Below, piece by piece: positions 38,043 through 49,807 of a stretch of DNA of 64,000 bases; position 1 is the stretch's first letter; every line of letters begins with the position of its first letter. The notes under the pieces are model-generated. The model was not told where the DNA came from and made no database searches. It was given only the letters and a program-made list of their open reading frames with translations. Position numbers and translations under genes: made by a program. This DNA comes from Piromyces finnis finn. Its lineage: Eukaryota; Fungi; Neocallimastigomycota. The stretch lies in NCBI GenBank assembly GCA_002104945.1, contig MCFH01000043.1:310001-374000 (forward strand), read 5' to 3'.

Positions 38043-41000
38043 TTTTTTTTATAGTTAAAAAAACTAGTTTCAGAATTAAAAGAAAATTTTTGTTATTTAA
38101 TGCTTTCTAATAATTTTGAGGAAAAGAAAAGTAATTTGTACTAGTTTGTCATTATATATAGTCTAATGAATAATAAAAGAAATAAAAGTACTATATAATT
38201 TATCCTTCTATAAAACATTTATTTGTTTGCTTTTATTTATAGCAATTAGTTAAAGGTTTAATTCTACTATCATGGAATGATTATATTTAATTATTGCTTT
38301 ATTATTTATAAATTATGGTTGTAGTAAGTAATTCAGTTCAAAACAAAGTTATTAGATAAATTATTTGATTATAATCAACTATGTGATTTACATGATTACA
38401 TTATTACTCTTTGATATGACGAATAAAACAATGACTAAATGAATGTCCGATGTTATTAATTTTGTAATTAAACCCAAGTCTTATTCATAATTCTACTAAT
38501 AATATAAAAACAATACGTAAGCAATATACTGGTTAATTAATTTCAAATTTTTTTCTTTAAAAAAAAAAAAATCCATCAGATAGTTTATATAAATCTAATT
38601 GATTGTTAGAGATTGTTTATGGTAAAAATTTGTAGAGATATGTTGCTACTATAACAATTACCATAGTAAGTTATAGAATTTTTTAATGTCTTGATGAATT
38701 AAAAAGGATTGTTTGGTAATTATTTAAGATATTTTAAAAAAAAAGTATGTATATATTTAATCTACTATTAATATCATTCATCAATGAATATAATGTAATA
38801 CAACTAGAATATATTCAGTAATAATATAGTTGAACTAAAATATTATTATTATTCTATATTAATAACTTTTATTTTGAATTGTATTACTTTATACAATCTT
38901 GATACATAAATAATTAAATATAATCATTTCATGACGATAGAATTAAATCTTTAATTATTATTAAAAACAAATAAATAAAAGTATTATAGAAGATTAAATT
39001 AAATAGTATTATTGCTACTATAACTTTTCTTTTATATTTTTTCAACAGCTTACAATGATAAATTTTTAAAAATAACATTTTTTTTTTCTTGTACTTTATA
39101 TTTTCTTTATACAACTTAATAAAATTGATAATTTTTCTATTTTCTTTCTCTTTTTTTTTTTTTTTTTTTAATGCATAAAAATAAAACATAATAATAGTAA
39201 AAAATATAAAGATGCAAAGGTGTAAACTCAAATACTGCAAGTGTTATTTTTCTACCATCAACTCTAACAATTATCCATTAAATTTTAAATTATAAGGATG
39301 AATTATAAAACTTGCGGGTAAGGGGTAAGGCCTGAAACCCTGACATTCGTAGGGAAATTTTATAATTTCCCTATGGCTTCCAAAATTGAATTTTTAAAAA
39401 TTAGAGATATATAAAAATAGTTAAAAGTATTTTCAAAATGATATCAAAATTCCTAGCATTATTTATTTTAATATTGGTTGTGGTTATGGCCTAGCATTAT
39501 AACGCATATGATGTAGTCGGCATAACAAAAAAATACACATCCAACAATAAGTACCCATTATAAAAAAATATTTTAGAGTTACCAAGTCATTTTTATATAA
39601 TGATAAAGTATTAAAATGACCTTTATTATTATTCTACACAATTTTAATAATTATATTATAATTACATTTTACATTTAAAATAAAAACATTTCATCATCGA
39701 AATTATAAAATAAATATAAAAGTGTGTCAAATTCTTTTGAACTCTTTTTTTTTTGAATGGAAATTTCTTTGAAAAATGGAAATTTTTTTTTTTAAAGTTT
39801 AAATTCTGCGGAATTTTTTTTAAATCCTTGGATTACATATTCTAACCCTTTATTAACATTCCACATTTTATAAAAATTTAAATTTTTATATAATGTTTTA
39901 AATTTATATTAAAAAATGTAACATCCAATATAATTAAAGTATTTATTGTGATACAAAATGCAATATAATTAATTAAATTTAATATATTAAACTAATTAAA
40001 TTTGAATTTATTCAATAAAACTTAAATTTTATGTTACACAATATATTTAATTTTTTTTTAATAATAATAAAAAGTTGAAAAAAAATTTTTGAAAAATAAT
40101 AAGAGAAAATTTTGCTCTTATAAGAATTTAAATAAAGATAAAAATAGGTTTAGTATAAAATTGTAATTATAATATTTTTTTAAATATTTTCATTTTTTTC
40201 TCTCACCTTTTTTTTTATGATGAAAAACTCTAATTAGTAAGGTTTTTATTATATCATAAAAATGACCTAAATATATGATATACTGAATTTAATATATTAT
40301 GATCATGGTTTCTTTTAAGTAAATTAAAAATTAATTAAAAAGTAAGTTTATGATTTATTAGAATATAATCTAATATAATAATAATAATTATATAGAAGAT
40401 TTAAGGATAAAACAAAATTTAAAACCTTGCAAAACTATAAAATTTTTAAAAAAAAGATTTAGAATTTTAGGTAAAAATAAAAAGAAAAAATGAATAGTTA
40501 AAGTTCTTTTTTCTTTAAAAGTTCTTTTTTTTCTATATAAGAATAATATACGCATTATTTATTTTTCTTTTTACTAAAAGTTTAATTTTTTTTTTTTAAT
40601 TTTTATTAATTAATTTATTGGTATTATAAAAATCCAAAGTTATGATTTTTGCTACAAATTAAAAATCAAATTAATATTATTTATATTAGATAATATATTA
40701 CAATATATTACAATATATTTCTAATATAAAAATAAAGATAATTTTAAAAATTAAAAAAAAAATTTTCTTTTTTTTTTTTTTTTTTAGTCAACGATTGTTA
40801 TATTATATAAAAAAAAGAGAAAATTGTAATAAAACGATTGTTGCACTTTAAAAAGTTAAAGTAGAAAAGAAGAAAAAAATAATAAAACCATAAAAAAAAA
40901 AAACAACATTAAAAATAGTTTTTTAGTAACAACAACAACAACAACAAAAAAAAAAATCTAAAAGTAAGTTGAAAAAATTAAAAAAATAATTGAAATAAAC

Positions 41001-41367
41001 AATTGAATTAAAAGAAAATAGATTGCCATTTTCAATTAATTTATATAAATGTAATAGTATAAATAAATTATATTCTGTGTTCATAAACTAATGTTTTTAT
41101 TTTATTTTACATATATATATAATATATACATTATATTATGAAATTATTATAATTTATTAATAATAAATTATAATCACCTTTTTATTTATTTAAACAATAA
41201 TCTTTGGTAATTTAAATTGTTCAAATCAAACATATTTTCTCTATTTTTTTTTTTTTTGAATATTAAATGATTCATTATTAAATATACTATTTTAATTTAA
41301 AAACAAACAAACCCTTTTTTATGATCATTCATTCAAAAGTTTAATTTAAAAAAAAAAAAAAAAGAAA

Positions 41368-42225
41368 ATGAAATTTTTAAATTTATATATTCCAGTAGTT
41401 ACAGCTTTATTGACTGGTTTCAGTAATGCTCAAGGATATGGATATACTAATGAAGTAAATCCAGTAGATGAATATATCAAAACTTTAGAACCAGTATTAA
41501 ATTTAAATACTATGGTCGATCCTTTCAATTTAGTTGCTAATGCACAAGTTAATGTTAATCAAACCTTAAGTCAATATGAAGGTTTATATAATGAATCAAA
41601 AGATGAATGTTTAAGAGCTTGCTATTCTTACAGTATTCACTTATTAGAAATTTCTTACAATCTTAATTGTGATAGTAAATTTAGTAAAATAAATAGTGAA
41701 TATAAAAGCAATAAACCTTGCTATAAGGCTAGTCCAAGCATGCAAAATGTTCTCGATAACGGTAATGCTTATTTAGATTTATTCTGTTCTAAAGATGAAA
41801 AAAATACTCCTTGTACTTTTGTCACTGATATAGTTAAAATACCAGACAATAGCACTATTATTGAACAAGTTTGTAAAAATCCAGAAAATAAAAGAAATAA
41901 ATGTGATAAATCTTTAGTTCAAAATTTAAGTATTATGGTTGATTCTAGTACTAAACTTAATGATATAAAAAATGCTACTTATTCCTCAGGTGGTAAAAAA
42001 ATATCTTTAAATACTCCAAGTTACAATTTAACTAGTATTGAAAATCAATTAAAGAATAATACTTGTCTTGCTAAAATTGAAGAACCAAAAATGATTCTTG
42101 TTAATGTTAATGAAACTGAACAAAATAAAAATGATACTAATACTTCTGATATGATTACTGTAGGTCCAAACATGAATTCTTTTATAGTATTATTAACCAT
42201 TTCACTTATTGCTTTATTATTTTAA
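41368..42225 (+). CDS. Secreted, probably GPI-anchored Cys-containing glycoprotein of unknown function, 285 aa
   Basis: Signal peptide MKFLNLYIPVVTALLTGFSNA, nine Cys and many N-x-S/T sequons. It ends in a polar spacer and a hydrophobic terminus (SFIVLLTISLIALLF*). An A-rich context precedes the ATG. Confidence 0.85.
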   Translation: MKFLNLYIPVVTALLTGFSNAQGYGYTNEVNPVDEYIKTLEPVLNLNTMVDPFNLVANAQVNVNQTLSQYEGLYNESKDECLRACYSYSIHLLEISYNLNCDSKFSKINSEYKSNKPCYKASPSMQNVLDNGNAYLDLFCSKDEKNTPCTFVTDIVKIPDNSTIIEQVCKNPENKRNKCDKSLVQNLSIMVDSSTKLNDIKNATYSSGGKKISLNTPSYNLTSIENQLKNNTCLAKIEEPKMILVNVNETEQNKNDTNTSDMITVGPNMNSFIVLLTISLIALLF

Positions 42226-42603
42226 GTTTAAAGATTCTATAAAATAGTAGATCTTTTTTCTTTCTTTTTTTTTTTTTTACAATACTTTTTCGATAGATAG
42301 AATTTATTTTAAGAAATAAAAGTAAATGAAATGTACTTGTATATTCATGTATATATTTCATTTTCCAAAATATTTGATATAGTTTAATTTTAAATAATAA
42401 AAAAAAAACATTCCATTCCATTGTACAATAAAAAATTAAACCAAAATTACTTTTACTCACTTTTGTTTTTTAATTAATTAAAAAAAAAAAAAAATAAAAA
42501 TTAACCTTATCATCATAACAAATATAATAAAAATAAAAAATAATAATTTAAGCTTAATAAAGATTTTTTCTTTTTAAAAAAAAAATTAAAAAAGACCAAA
42601 TCT

Positions 42604-42680
42604 AATAAATAAATAAATAAATGAATAAATAAATAAATAAATAAATAAATAAATGAATAAATAAATAAATAAATAAATAA
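42604..42680. repeat. (TAAA)n microsatellite
   Basis: Tandem TAAA units with occasional TGAA variants. Confidence 0.85.
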
Positions 42681-42835
42681 AAAATTAAGAGAAGCTATTA
42701 AATATATAAAAATATTATTAAATATAATGTATATACTGTATTTGTTCTCATAATTATAGGATAATCTTTTTGTTCATTGTTATATATAAAAATAAATAAT
42801 AAATTTTTTATTTCAAAAAGTAGGTTTATATTTAA

Positions 42836-42875
<40 letters not shown>

Positions 42876-43179
42876 AAATTTGTAGCTACTATAATAACAA
42901 AAAAAAGATTAAACACATTTTATGAATAACAAATAACAAATATCACTTATATTATATATTAATTTTATTAGTATTAATTTTTATATATATGATAATAGGT
43001 ATAAAACTTATTTTTTATAATTTTCTTTTATTTTTATAATGTAAATATATAAAAAATAAATTTATTGGTAATGAATATAATATTAATAATCATATAAAGA
43101 TCATATTAAATAATATATTATGCTATTAGCTCTGTATTTTATAGTTCACTTTATAAATTTCTTAATTAAGATTAAAAAT

Positions 43180-44805
43180 TTATTGGTATGGTTTAAGACC
43201 AATACATTCAGATACAGTAACAAATTCATATCCTTTACTCTTCATATAGTTAATTTCTTCCTTAGCAAGGGTAACAAGTTTAGATTCAGTGATACCTTCA
43301 TAATAGAGGTGATTTAAAGAAATGATACCTTGGCCTTGGTAATCCTTAAATTCAGAAAGAGCATAGTTAACATCACCTTTATTACTCCAATCTAAAGTAT
43401 CAACATTCCACATAATAATACCAGTGTAACCTAAGTTTTGAAGTCTCTTTTGAACAGTACTATCATCTGCACCAGAACCATATGGTGGACGAATTAAAGC
43501 TGGCTTTTTACCAATAATTTCAACAAGAGCATCTTCTAATTTAGTAATTTCTTCCTTAGTACCACTTTCAGATAAAGTGGCAAGGTCAGAATGTCTCCAG
43601 GTGTGACTACCAATTTCATGACCTTCATCAATCATTCTCTTAATAATTCTTTTTCCCTTTTCACTCTTGATATCCATGACATTGTCACCATTGACATAGA
43701 AGGTAGCCTTAACACCAACGGATTTAAGGTAATCTAAAAGACTTTCATCATAGGAGTATGGTCCATCATCATAGGTAAGAGCCCATTGTTTTGAATTCTT
43801 ACATTTAGAGTATACTGCAATACCAGAAGATGGTGTTGAACCACTACCAGAAGAAGAACCTCCTGATCCAGAAGTGGAACCTTCACATGCACCAAATTCA
43901 GTTTGACATCCGGAACCACAGTAAGAACTGCCAGAACCACACCAACCATACTTTGAACAACATTCATTGTTTGGACAAGATGTGTTTCCATTATCAGAAC
44001 CACAACGACCATTAGTAGAAGTTGGATGAGAAGAACTGCTACTTGTAGTGGTAGCTTTAGTAGTGGTTGTAGTTTTAGTGGTTGTAGTTTTGGTTGTGGT
44101 AGTACTGGCTTTAGTAGTAGTTTTTGTAGTGGATGCTGAAGAACCATTTCCATTACATTTACCAAATTCAGATTGGCATCCAGAATCACAATAAGCACTG
44201 GTAGTACCACACCAACCATACTTACTACAACATTTACTGTCTGGACAATAAGTGTTTCCATAGTTACTACCACAACGTCCATCAGTAGAGATTGGATAAT
44301 TAGTGTTGGTTTGAGAGGAGGATGATGATGATGATGTAGTAGTAGTAGTAGTAGTTTGAGGTTTTGTGGTAGTAGTAGTTTTTACGGTAGTAGTTGTTTT
44401 AACAACAGCTGTTGTAGTATTTTTAGTGGTAGAAGAACCACTTCCATTACATTTACCAAATTCAGATTGACATCCAGAATCACAATAAGTACTGGTAGTA
44501 CCACACCAACCATACTTACTACAACATTTACTGTCTGGACAATAAGTGTTTCCATATTTACTACCACAACGACCATCAGTAGAGATTGGATAAACAGTAA
44601 TTGAACTGTTGTTGCCGCTGCTACTTGAATTACATATACCAAAAGCTTCTTGACATCCAGTACCACAATAAGCATCAGTAGTACCACACCAACCATACTT
44701 ACTACAACATTTACCACTACCACAACTACCTATACCTGCACCACAATCACCAGCATATGCCTTAGCAATAGCAATGGTGGCTAAAATTAAAGCATTGAAT
44801 TTCAT
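43180..44805 (-). CDS. Secreted chitin/polysaccharide deacetylase (CE4, NodB domain) with four N-terminal CBM18 chitin-binding modules, 541 aa
   Basis: Signal peptide MKFNALILATIAIAKAYA, then four hevein-type CCSKYGWCG...C..GCQ..FG.C modules separated by Thr/Ser linkers. The CE4 motifs are TYDDGP, HTWRH, RPPYG, DTLDW and LNH. No dockerin is seen. Confidence 0.95.
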   Translation of the reverse strand: MKFNALILATIAIAKAYAGDCGAGIGSCGSGKCCSKYGWCGTTDAYCGTGCQEAFGICNSSSSGNNSSITVYPISTDGRCGSKYGNTYCPDSKCCSKYGWCGTTSTYCDSGCQSEFGKCNGSGSSTTKNTTTAVVKTTTTVKTTTTTKPQTTTTTTTSSSSSSSQTNTNYPISTDGRCGSNYGNTYCPDSKCCSKYGWCGTTSAYCDSGCQSEFGKCNGNGSSASTTKTTTKASTTTTKTTTTKTTTTTKATTTSSSSSHPTSTNGRCGSDNGNTSCPNNECCSKYGWCGSGSSYCGSGCQTEFGACEGSTSGSGGSSSGSGSTPSSGIAVYSKCKNSKQWALTYDDGPYSYDESLLDYLKSVGVKATFYVNGDNVMDIKSEKGKRIIKRMIDEGHEIGSHTWRHSDLATLSESGTKEEITKLEDALVEIIGKKPALIRPPYGSGADDSTVQKRLQNLGYTGIIMWNVDTLDWSNKGDVNYALSEFKDYQGQGIISLNHLYYEGITESKLVTLAKEEINYMKSKGYEFVTVSECIGLKPYQ

Positions 44806-45600
44806 CTTTTTTTTTTTAATTGTTATTTGGATATAATTTTATTAAAATGAATCATTACAGAAAAAAATATAAAAGTTTAATTCATTAGTAAAATGATATT
44901 ATAGATTTATGTAAAATATTAATTTTTTTAAATTTTTTGTATAAAATAATAAATAGTTTACTTTTAATTTTTTGAGGGTATAATGTCTTTTTAATTTATA
45001 AATAAAATTAATAAATTTATATTTATATTTTTATTAAATTATAAAAAAAAAAAAGAAAAGGAAAGATTTTACTACCTTTTATATATTTTTTTTTACTCAT
45101 TTATTAAAAGTCACATAATTAAAAAAAAAATTATTATTTTGAATTATTATTAATTAACATATGAAAAAAGAATAATTATTTGAATTTGATATTTTATTTA
45201 GTTGTTTTATTGGTATTAATATTATTAATAATAATAATTTATCAATAATTATTAAATGATCATTATTTTATAAACTATAATTCTTATTAAATATTTATTA
45301 ATTGAAAAGGTAAGGAGGTATGGGCCAATATTTTTTTTTTAAAAAAGAAAAAACTTAGTAAAATAAAGAAATGAAAATACATTGAATTATATTAATTAAA
45401 GAATAATTAATAAAATTAAATATATTTAGAATTTCGACTTTTATAATTTATATTCTATTTGCTATTAATTCAAAAAGAGAAAAGGTAAATAGTAGAGTTA
45501 TATAAACTTTAAAAACTATTTAATCTTATTTATAGTTGAAAAATTTCATTTCTTCTATAATTTTATATACTGCTTTTTTTTTTTTTTTTTTTTTTTTTTC

Positions 45601-45723
45601 TTTCTTACTGTTAAGATAATAATAATTTTCTTTTTCTTTTCTTTCTTACTGTTAAGATAATAATAATTTTCTTTTTCTTTTCTTTCTTACTGTTAAGATA
45701 ATAATAATTTTCTTTTTCTTTTC
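45601..45723. repeat. Perfect tandem repeat, 41 bp x 3
   Basis: The unit TTTCTTACTGTTAAGATAATAATAATTTTCTTTTTCTTTTC occurs at 45601-45641, 45642-45682 and 45683-45723 with no spacers. Confidence 0.95.
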
Positions 45724-46565
45724 TTTTTTTTTTTTTTTCTTTTTTTTTTTTTTTTTGACATTTTGATAAATATCTTTTTCTTTATGAAGATATTTATTAG
45801 TTTTTTTTGTTGTTATTTATTATTGTTATTTGTTAGTTAACCGATTTGGTAGTAAATTGAAAAAACATTTCTTTGTTAATTTTTTATTATTAATTTCTTT
45901 TAGATATTAAATTATTTGTATCTATTCATTTTGTATTCATAATTTATTTTCTTTATAAAAATTTGGTGTTTTCATTTTTAATATTGTTAAAAGAAAAAAC
46001 ATTATTAATAATAAAATAAAGAATCATTTTTATCTTTATATATATATAATGAAATAAAGCATTAAAAAAAAAAAAAAAACAAACTTTCAATTATTCTTTT
46101 TTTCAAAAAAGTCAATTTTCAAACATATAATTTTAAATGCTGACCAGAAATAATTTCAAATAGATTTTTATAATATCATATATTATTTTGAAAATATACA
46201 TATTTTATATTAACGAAGTTTCTGAAGATATTTCTAACTATTTAACTATTTATTGGATACAAAAAAAAAATATTATATAAATTTTATTTATAATTAAAAT
46301 TTTTTTTTTTTTCATATCTTTAATAAAATGTTTTCTTTTCCACTTTTTCCATAACAAAAAAGTGCAGTATTTTCTTTTTATATTGAAAAAAAAGAGATAT
46401 ATTTTTATTTGTAATAATAAATTTATTAAATATATAGAAAAGTAGAAAAAAAATTTAAAGAATATTACAGCATAAATCTTTTACCAAAATGAAAATATTT
46501 TTTTATATGATATATATTGTGATTATCCTCATGTTTTTTAAAACTTTTTTTCAGATTTTTAATTC

Positions 46566-46771
<206 letters not shown>

Positions 46772-46896
46772 TAAAACAATTGAAAAAAAAGATATTTTTC
46801 TCTAAATGTATATATTTTATTTTATTTTATTTTATTTTATTTTTTTAATTTACTTTATCTATTGATATAGATATAAAAAAATTTTTTTTATTATTT

Positions 46897-48747
46897 TTAA
46901 ATTAATATAATTATCATAGATAAAATTAATTGTATGCTTTCAAAAATAATTAAACGATAATATAATTCAAAGGAAACTCCTGTAATCCTTATATGCTCAA
47001 TTCCATTATGGAGATTATAAATATCCATTTCAATTACTCTAATTACATCTGAATTTTGTAATGGTTTATACTTTTGATTTATATTCATTTCAAATTCAAT
47101 TGTACTTTGATATTTAATTTCAGATATATTATTATAATAAGTCTTATTTTTTTTTTCCTTTTTATTATGTTTTGTGCGTTTTTCGTGTATCAAATTACTT
47201 AAAGAATTTGATGAAATAATATGTTTTTTTTTAGGATATAAAGAAAAGTATGATGGTGCATTACTTATTGAATCTAATATTTTTTGTTTATCGGGAAATT
47301 GTTGAATCATATCCCATGGTGATACATTACGATTATTTTTTTTATAAAGATTAGCTTTATAAAAGGTAAGAATTGAAATAGAATGAATATTTTTTAAATC
47401 AACTGCATAATACAACGCAGTGTTTCCTAAATTGTCCTGATGATCAACGTCAGCACCCAAACGTAATAAAGTTTTTACAATTTCAATTCTACCTAATTTT
47501 GTAGCAATTATCAACGGACTTTCCTTTTTAATATTGACTTGGTTGAGTAAACTGATGTTTCTAAAAAGGGTTTTACGAATCATTTTATTATCATTTGCTA
47601 TTATATAAAAAACTAAAATATTGTTATTCCACTGATCATTATAATTAAAATTAAGAGACTTTTGTTTGAAAATAAATTTAGATAAATAATTATTATTAAG
47701 TTTTAAACTTAAAGAAAAAGCATCATCACCATTATTATTTTTAAGCGAAAGATTTAAATTTTTACAATGGGTTATCAAATAGTATACCGTACAAAAATCC
47801 TCAATCATAATAAAAAACATAAGTGGTGTGTTCCCCTCATCATCTATAACAATATTAAAATTATATTTACAATCAATTAATGTTTTTAAAGTTTTATAAT
47901 AGGGGATATAAACATTAGGATGACGTTTTTTATCTGGTTGATAGATTTGTTTTATTAGGATAGAAATTACTTCTTGACTATTATCAAACACAACTTTTTT
48001 ATCTCTAGTGTTTAATTTTTTAGTAAGTTGTTTTATTACCCAATAATTATTATTTTCTGATAGATAGGATAATGCACCTTTTCCTTCATTATTTTTTGAA
48101 TTTAAATCACATTTTCTATTATAAATTAATTGAATTAAATTATAGTAAAATTCATTTTTACAACAATAATTAAAAATGTTATTTCCTTGAATATCTTTAT
48201 GGTTAAGATTTGCACCTGCTTTTATTAATTCATAAGTTGCTTCTCGGTTGTTAGCAGCATAAAATAAAGCAGTTCTTCCCAAATTATCAGTTAATTCTAT
48301 GCAGTTTTTATTCTTTCTTAAAATTTTTTTTACAGCAAAAATTAAGATAGGCACTTTAGAAAGAAACATAAGAGCTGTTCTATTATAATTATCTTGTACC
48401 TCTTGATTTATTCCCATCTTAAGAAGCCATTTAATTAAATTAACTCTTTTCTTTTTACAAGCATTCACAAATATTGTACTATTTCGAAATTCTGAAAGAA
48501 CTTCAGTGAAAAGATTATGTTTTAATACTCTTTCAAAAATCCTGAAATTTCTTCTATTTTTATTTGTTTTTAATATTACATTATTAAATTCTTTAATAAA
48601 ACTTTTAATAGTCACATCATTTTCATTATCTTTTCCAAAATTTTCTTCAACTATAGTTTTATTTGAATTAATAATATTTAAACAATTTCTAATTTTGTTT
48701 TTTTTTATATAATATATTAATTTATTTTGAAAACTTTTACAATCCAT
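46897..48747 (-). CDS. Ankyrin-repeat protein, array member 1 (616 aa), with hydrophobic C-terminal tail
   Basis: Ankyrin motifs DNYNRTALM, DNLGRTALFYA, DDEGNTPLMFF, ESPLIIATKLG and QDNLGNTALYYA. Intronless. C-terminus LYYRLIIFESIQLILSMIIILI*. Confidence 0.92.
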   Translation of the reverse strand: MDCKSFQNKLIYYIKKNKIRNCLNIINSNKTIVEENFGKDNENDVTIKSFIKEFNNVILKTNKNRRNFRIFERVLKHNLFTEVLSEFRNSTIFVNACKKKRVNLIKWLLKMGINQEVQDNYNRTALMFLSKVPILIFAVKKILRKNKNCIELTDNLGRTALFYAANNREATYELIKAGANLNHKDIQGNNIFNYCCKNEFYYNLIQLIYNRKCDLNSKNNEGKGALSYLSENNNYWVIKQLTKKLNTRDKKVVFDNSQEVISILIKQIYQPDKKRHPNVYIPYYKTLKTLIDCKYNFNIVIDDEGNTPLMFFIMIEDFCTVYYLITHCKNLNLSLKNNNGDDAFSLSLKLNNNYLSKFIFKQKSLNFNYNDQWNNNILVFYIIANDNKMIRKTLFRNISLLNQVNIKKESPLIIATKLGRIEIVKTLLRLGADVDHQDNLGNTALYYAVDLKNIHSISILTFYKANLYKKNNRNVSPWDMIQQFPDKQKILDSISNAPSYFSLYPKKKHIISSNSLSNLIHEKRTKHNKKEKKNKTYYNNISEIKYQSTIEFEMNINQKYKPLQNSDVIRVIEMDIYNLHNGIEHIRITGVSFELYYRLIIFESIQLILSMIIILI

Positions 48748-49515
48748 TAATAATTTTTAATGCTTTACTGTTTATTTATTTGTTATTCATATATTTAAAT
48801 TGAAATACATATATATATATTCCCCTTTTCTTTTTTACAGATTATATTATTTTATAATAATATTATATTATATGCATATATTTATTTTAAATGATAGTTT
48901 TTAAATGTTTTTAAATTTATTAATAATATATATAACTTTGAAATTTTATTTATATATGTTTTATATATATTTTAATATTATTTAAATATTATTATTTATA
49001 ATATTTTTAATGTAATTAAGTTTTTTTTTTGTAATTACTTTTTTCGTTTTTTTGTATAATTTCAAATGGTTTTATTTTTTTTTTTTTTAACTTTATACTT
49101 TTCTCTTAAATTTATATAAAAATTTTTTATTAATAAATCTTTATATTTATTAGATTATATTACAATATATTTTAAATTATCTTTAATAATTGAAACTTTA
49201 ATTTTTAATCTTTTTTAAATAATCTGTAACAAAAAATTTGCCTACCGCAATTACCATGTAACCATACATTCCCTTTTTATTTTTTTAACTATATTTGTAA
49301 TTATTTTTTTCTATTAATTTTACATCTATTCTTATGCCGAATTATTTGTCATCATTGATCCTTTTATAAGGAAATATATATATATTTACTTTATATCAAG
49401 AAAAGAAAAAAAAAGTTTAATTTTATAATTAAAATACTTTTTTACATATTATATTAATATTATGGTATAGGTAAAAATATAATTTTAATGTATGATTGTA
49501 TGATTTCTATTCAAA

Positions 49516-49601
49516 GTTTTATTTTTATAAATATGTTTTTATTTTATTTTTATAAATATGTTTTTGTTTTATTTTTATAAATATGTTTTTGTTTTATTTT
49601 T
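49516..49601. repeat. Tandem repeat, 25 bp x 3
   Basis: The unit TTTTTATAAATATGTTTTT(G/A)TTTTA occurs at 49522, 49547 and 49572. Confidence 0.8.
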
Positions 49602-49807
49602 ATTTATTTATTTTTTTTTTTGTTTACTAAATAATTATTTCTATTTTTTTTTTCTATGTTAATTTAGTAGATAATTCGTTTTGCTTTTATTCTATATATA
49701 GGTATACAAGTAGTATATACAATTTTTTTTTTTCTCTTAAAATTTTTTAAAAAATTATTTTAATTAAATGATATGTAAAAGTTAAACATAATTATCTTGG
49801 TATACAC

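Noticed and set aside
39313-39382. tRNA (starts GCGGG, ends TCCA)
   Set aside because: There is no T-loop GTTC motif and no cloverleaf pairing, and the acceptor stem does not form.
38929-43317. ORFs 38929..39240, 42206..42460, 42698..42916 and 43120..43317
   Set aside because: They run through poly-A/T tracts or lie antisense to real genes, and lack coding-like composition.
43734-44723. 182-aa and 113-aa alternate-frame ORFs in the CE4 gene
   Set aside because: They arise from codon bias in the repeated CBM18 and Thr-rich linkers, and repeat in step with the CBM18 duplication.
45601-45723. 41-bp repeats as a CRISPR array
   Set aside because: The units are directly adjacent with no spacers, no cas genes are present, and the context is eukaryotic.
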